From Prochlorococcus sp. AG-347-I21 (lineage in GTDB: Bacteria; Cyanobacteriota; Cyanobacteriia; PCC-6307; Cyanobiaceae): a stretch of 64,000 nt of DNA. Positions within the stretch are counted from its first letter, which is position 1, and the number at the start of each line of letters is the position of its first letter. The position numbers were made by a program, and so were the translations under genes. Below are positions 60,229-64,000 of the stretch, one piece after another. The notes under the pieces are model-generated. The model had not been told where the DNA came from, searched no databases, and saw nothing but the letters and a program-made list of their open reading frames with translations. The stretch is from contig QCBP01000006.1 in NCBI GenBank assembly GCA_003279055.1, forward strand, positions 4,704-68,703. Reading direction: 5' to 3'.

Positions 60229-60229
60229 T

Positions 60230-61165
60230 TTATCCCCTACATTTGTAAACCCCAAAGTCCATTAAACCCTTTCTAAATGCCCAATTCATAAGAAGTATAG
60301 TTGGGATCTCTCTAATAGATTTGAATATTGCTAAGGGACCAAGAGATAAAATTGCAAAAGGTCTTCTAAAGCCTTCAATAATGGAGTCGTACCATGAAGG
60401 ATTTGTGTAAGAATTCCAATTATCGGTAATAACTCTTCCAGCACTATTTTTATTTTTTGAAAGAATCTTACTGAACTCGTTAATGCTAGTAAAATTAGGA
60501 TGTCCCCACTGTTCAAGTAATTGTTTAAGGACAAACTTCTCCCAAAAAGATGGGGGATATTCCACAAGATCTCTTGAGTTCCAATCAGCCAATGCAAAAT
60601 ATCCTCCAGGCCTCAAAGTTCTCAACATTTCATCGGCAAACTTGGTTTTATCATTCATATGTGCGCCCGCCTCAACACTCCAAACCCCATCAAATGATCC
60701 ATCCTTAAATTTCAAATCCAATGCATCCATAACTTGAAAGTTGCAATTGAGTTCTGAAGGAGTAAGCTCTCTTGCTCTTTTTACTTGAGCAGGACTAATT
60801 GTGATTCCAGTTACATTAAAACCATAATATTTTGCAAGAATCCTTGAACTTCCTCCTATGCCACAGCCAACATCAAGTATTCTAGAACCTTTTGGCAATT
60901 TATCTAAACCACTCCACTTGACTAACTCATGAACAAACTGGATTTTAGCGTTTCTAAAATCGATATTTTTATTTTCTACAGGATAGAAACCTAAATGTAT
61001 ATGTTCTCCCCACAATCTCTCAAGTAATTTATCTTGGGTCCAAGAATCATATGCAGACGCCACAGTACCAGAAGAAATATATTTTCTAGCATTAATTCTC
61101 CAAATAATAGCTAAAGCTAAAAGGAATAAAACCAGAAAAAAAATAGACGATATAAATCCAGACAT
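60230..61165 (-). CDS. class I SAM-dependent methyltransferase, gamma-tocopherol/sterol C-methyltransferase-like, with N-terminal TM anchor
   Basis: SAM motif LDVGCGIGGSSRILA, which I recall as typical of gamma-tocopherol methyltransferase-like enzymes. Hydrophobic N-terminus ISSIFFLVLFLLALAIIW. Confidence 0.65.
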   Translation of the reverse strand: MSGFISSIFFLVLFLLALAIIWRINARKYISSGTVASAYDSWTQDKLLERLWGEHIHLGFYPVENKNIDFRNAKIQFVHELVKWSGLDKLPKGSRILDVGCGIGGSSRILAKYYGFNVTGITISPAQVKRARELTPSELNCNFQVMDALDLKFKDGSFDGVWSVEAGAHMNDKTKFADEMLRTLRPGGYFALADWNSRDLVEYPPSFWEKFVLKQLLEQWGHPNFTSINEFSKILSKNKNSAGRVITDNWNSYTNPSWYDSIIEGFRRPFAILSLGPLAIFKSIREIPTILLMNWAFRKGLMDFGVYKCRG

Positions 61166-61822
61166 TTAACTTTCTTTTATATCAGGAAAACTTTCTTTCA
61201 AAGCTGTTCTTGCTGCGAGTTGTTTTCTAGTATGATCAAGCATTTCAAATTCTCTCTGCAAACGAGTATAAGTGTTTCTTTCTTCCAAAAGTCTTTGTTG
61301 TTCATCCGCTACAGGACCACCTAAATGAGCTCCTATCCAAAATGATAATTCCATGGGATTATCAGGTAATTTATCAGGTATGTTTTTCTTAGTATTTGTA
61401 AGTTTACCTGTTAAATTAATTACATCATTAAGTGCTTCTTTAACTGAATCTTTTAAAGAATCTAATTTTTGAAGATTATCAATGTTATCATCACTAATCC
61501 AACTAACCATCGCGGAAAAAAATGGAGTTGAACGAGTAATTTCTAAGACCTGAAATCTTTGTTGTCCAAGAGTAATGATATTACTTCTACCATCTTCTGC
61601 AGTTTGATGTTTTATTATTTGAGCACAACATCCAACATTGGCCATATTTTTAGTATTTGGATCCCATTTTACAACCCCAAACATTGAGTCAGCTTCAAGC
61701 ACAGATTGAAGCATAATCCTATATCTAGATTCAAAGATATGTAAAGGCAAAACTTCTTGAGGAAACAAGACTACTTCTGGCAAAGGAAATAAAGGTAATT
61801 CCCTTACAGAGAGCTCGCCCAT
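61166..61822 (-). CDS. stand-alone Lon N-terminal (LON substrate-binding) domain protein
   Basis: LPLFPLPEVVLFPQEVLPLHIFE.RY is the hallmark start of the Lon N-terminal domain. 218 aa with no AAA or protease domain. Confidence 0.8.
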   Translation of the reverse strand: MGELSVRELPLFPLPEVVLFPQEVLPLHIFESRYRIMLQSVLEADSMFGVVKWDPNTKNMANVGCCAQIIKHQTAEDGRSNIITLGQQRFQVLEITRSTPFFSAMVSWISDDNIDNLQKLDSLKDSVKEALNDVINLTGKLTNTKKNIPDKLPDNPMELSFWIGAHLGGPVADEQQRLLEERNTYTRLQREFEMLDHTRKQLAARTALKESFPDIKES

Positions 61823-61876
61823 TTAAACCTCATTATTAGTAATATATTAATCAATTTAAGTTGTTTTTGGGATATC

Positions 61877-62197
61877 TTAGAGTTTAACTTCTATATCTAC
61901 GCCACTTGGAAGATCTAACTTCATTAGAGCATCAATAGTTTTCGCGGAAGGACTATAAATATCAATTATTCTTCTATGAGTTCTTGTTTCAAAATGCTCT
62001 CTCGAATCTTTATCAACATGAGGTGATCGTAAGACACAATATATCTTTCTTTTTGTAGGTAACGGAATTGGACCTATTGCGGAAGCAGAAGTAGTATCAG
62101 CGGTTTGTATTATTTTATCGCAAGACAAATCAAGCATTCTTCTATCAAATGCTTTTAGTCTTATTCTAATTTTTTGTTGTGCAATTGATGCAGTCAT
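61877..62197 (-). CDS. rpsJ: 30S ribosomal protein S10
   Basis: [10 protein letters not shown]...GPIPLPT...SPHV.K.SREHFE.R.H.R.I.I pattern. 106 aa. Confidence 0.97.
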   Translation of the reverse strand: MTASIAQQKIRIRLKAFDRRMLDLSCDKIIQTADTTSASAIGPIPLPTKRKIYCVLRSPHVDKDSREHFETRTHRRIIDIYSPSAKTIDALMKLDLPSGVDIEVKL

Positions 62198-62220
62198 AAT
62201 TTCAAATTGAATTCTAGTAA

Positions 62221-62245
62221 AGGGCCATCTATTAAAAATGACCCT
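62221..62245 (-). promoter_or_regulatory. GC-rich hairpin in the tuf-rpsJ spacer
   Basis: The stem AGGGCCAT/ATGACCCT has a C-A mismatch on the plus strand. On the transcribed minus strand that position becomes a G-U wobble. 9-nt loop. Confidence 0.4.
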
Positions 62246-62299
62246 CTTCCATTAACTTATCCTAAGTGATTGAGGTTAGATTCTTAAAATTCTAATGTA

Positions 62300-63499
62300 T
62301 TATTTGAGAATTTTAGAAACAACTCCAGCACCAATAGTACGTCCACCTTCACGGATTGCAAAGCGCATTCCTTGCTCAATAGCTACTGGACAAATTAATT
62401 CACCAGTCATTTTAATTCTGTCCCCAGGCATGACCATTTCAACATTAGAACCATCATCAGATGTAAATGCTGTAATTTGTCCTGTAACATCAGTTGTTCT
62501 GATGTAGAACTGTGGTCTATATCCTGCGAAGAAAGGCGTATGTCTACCACCCTCTTCTTTCTTAAGAACATAAACTTCCCCTTCAAACTGAGTATGGGGA
62601 GTAATGGAACCTTTCTTAACAAGAACCATTCCTCTCTCAATGTCCTCTTTTTGTACACCACGTAAAAGTAGACCAACATTATCGCCAGCCATACCTTCGT
62701 CAAGAAGTTTACGGAACATTTCGACTCCAGTAACTGTTGTTACTCTTGTGTCTCTTATTCCAACTATTTCAACTTCTTCTCCAACTTTAACTTTACCTCT
62801 CTCAATTCTTCCAGTAGCGACGGTACCTCTACCAGTAATTGAGAAAACATCCTCAACTGCCATTAAGAATGGTTTATCAACTTCTCTTTCAGGTTCAGGT
62901 ATACTAGCATCAACCGCCTTCATTAGTTCTTCAATTTTTGATTCCCAAGTAGAATCTCCTTCAAGAGCTTTCAAGCCAGAAACTTGAACTATAGGAATAT
63001 CATCTCCAGGGAAATCGTAACTATCTAAAAGCTCTCTGATTTCCATTTCAACAAGTTCAATAATTTCTTCATCATCGACCATATCGCACTTGTTTAGAGC
63101 TACCACAAGAGCAGGAACTCCAACCTGTTTAGCAAGAAGAATATGCTCTTTAGTTTGCGCCATAGGTCCATCTGTAGCTGCGCAAACTAGGATAGCCCCA
63201 TCCATTTGTGCGGCTCCTGTAATCATGTTTTTCACATAATCAGCATGCCCTGGGCAATCGACATGAGCATAATGTCTGCCTTCAGTTTCATATTCGACGT
63301 GTGCTGTATTAATAGTAATCCCACGCTCTCTTTCCTCAGGAGCACCATCAATGTCTCCATAGTCTTGAGCTTGAGCTTGACCTTTTTTTGCTAGTACATT
63401 TGTAATAGCAGCAGTAAGTGTTGTTTTTCCATGATCAACATGGCCAATAGTACCTATGTTGACATGTGGTTTGTTCCTTTCGAACTTCTCGCGAGCCAT
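62300..63499 (-). CDS. tuf: elongation factor Tu
   Basis: [22 protein letters not shown]. 399 aa. Confidence 0.99.
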   Translation of the reverse strand: MAREKFERNKPHVNIGTIGHVDHGKTTLTAAITNVLAKKGQAQAQDYGDIDGAPEERERGITINTAHVEYETEGRHYAHVDCPGHADYVKNMITGAAQMDGAILVCAATDGPMAQTKEHILLAKQVGVPALVVALNKCDMVDDEEIIELVEMEIRELLDSYDFPGDDIPIVQVSGLKALEGDSTWESKIEELMKAVDASIPEPEREVDKPFLMAVEDVFSITGRGTVATGRIERGKVKVGEEVEIVGIRDTRVTTVTGVEMFRKLLDEGMAGDNVGLLLRGVQKEDIERGMVLVKKGSITPHTQFEGEVYVLKKEEGGRHTPFFAGYRPQFYIRTTDVTGQITAFTSDDGSNVEMVMPGDRIKMTGELICPVAIEQGMRFAIREGGRTIGAGVVSKILK

Positions 63500-63544
63500 T
63501 TTGAATTAAAGAATCGAGGGTTTAAGATTGTTTTGGTTTAGAGA

Positions 63545-64000
63545 TCAGGAGTTGCCCTGATTCTTGGAAATGATAGCTTCAGCAACATTACGAGGGACTT
63601 CCTCATAATTTGCGAACTCCATTGAAAATATACCCCGACCTTGAGTCATTGATCGGAGTTGAGTAGCATAACCGAACATTTCGGCTAAGGGCACTTTGGC
63701 CTGTACCTTAGACAATCCATCGTCAACAGATTGTCCTTCTACTTGACCTCTTCTAGAGGAGAGATCACCAATTACAGATCCAAGAAAGTCATCAGGACTT
63801 TCGACCTCAACTTTCATCATAGGCTCTAAAAGGACAGGGTTGCATTTTTTAACACCATCTTTAAAAGCCATGGAACCTGCAATTTTGAAGGCCATTTCAG
63901 ATGAGTCTACATCGTGGAATGAACCATCGACTAGTGTTACTTTTACATCAATGAGTGGATAACCGGCAAGAACACCAGATTCACAAGTTTCTTTCATTCC
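63545..64000 (-). CDS. fusA: elongation factor G, C-terminal part (5' end lies beyond the window)
   Basis: Domain IV/V sequence ([18 protein letters not shown]..., [14 protein letters not shown]). The frame stays open to base 64000. Confidence 0.95.

Noticed and set aside
60331-60737. ORFs 60331..60597 (minus strand, other frame) and 60483..60737 (plus strand) inside the methyltransferase gene
   Set aside because: They are nested within a longer ORF that carries a clear SAM-binding motif, and there is no support for overlapping genes.
62295-63394. Five overlapping ORFs on both strands within tuf (62295..62507, 62407..62703, 62477..62665, 62604..62987, 63206..63394)
   Set aside because: EF-Tu occupies the region with near-universal sequence conservation. 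The alternatives are out-of-frame or antisense artefacts.

Overview
This 64 kb window looks like an ordinary, tightly packed core-genome segment of a marine picocyanobacterium. It most resembles a high-light-adapted Prochlorococcus. That assignment comes from gene content, gene order, motifs read from the translations and the visibly AT-rich sequence, since no database search was possible. About 65 protein genes and one tRNA are supported. In window order they are:
- a partial GTPase, then nadD-nadE;
- the cyanobacterial atp1-atpI-atpH-atpG-atpF-atpD-atpA-atpC operon, followed by a 2Fe-2S ferredoxin and two uncharacterised ORFs;
- ftsW, ccdA-ccs1, queF, glnB, tlyA, purB, fumC and a Ski2-like helicase;
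- a bioF-bioK-bioC-bioD-bioA biotin operon;
- rsmG, and an aldo/keto reductase with a 4Fe-4S ferredoxin and DUF1257- and DUF2997-like genes;
- rlmN and the split rpoB-rpoC1-rpoC2 cluster;
- tatD, rpsT, hisD, rpiA and an HtrA protease;
- rimP-nusA-ylxR-infB, tRNA-Thr(CGU), a B12-type radical SAM enzyme, clpS and dapL;
- overlapping rne and rnhB, pheA, a methyltransferase, and rpsJ-tuf-fusA (partial).

Two short genes are missing from the ORF track. One is a high-light-inducible protein gene (32433..32585, minus strand). The other is a candidate 41-codon membrane ORF (31162..31287, minus strand).

I see no CRISPR array, transposase, integrase, phage gene, defence module or island boundary, and no convincing undescribed multi-gene system. 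The findings are small-scale:
- dual coding in the rne/rnhB overlap;
- hairpins on both sides of atpH;
- a direct repeat in the atp promoter region;
- in-frame tandem repeats in infB;
- a 21-bp duplication at the dapL stop codon;
- several conserved genes of unknown function in suggestive operon contexts.

All family names are from memory and need HMM or BLAST confirmation.
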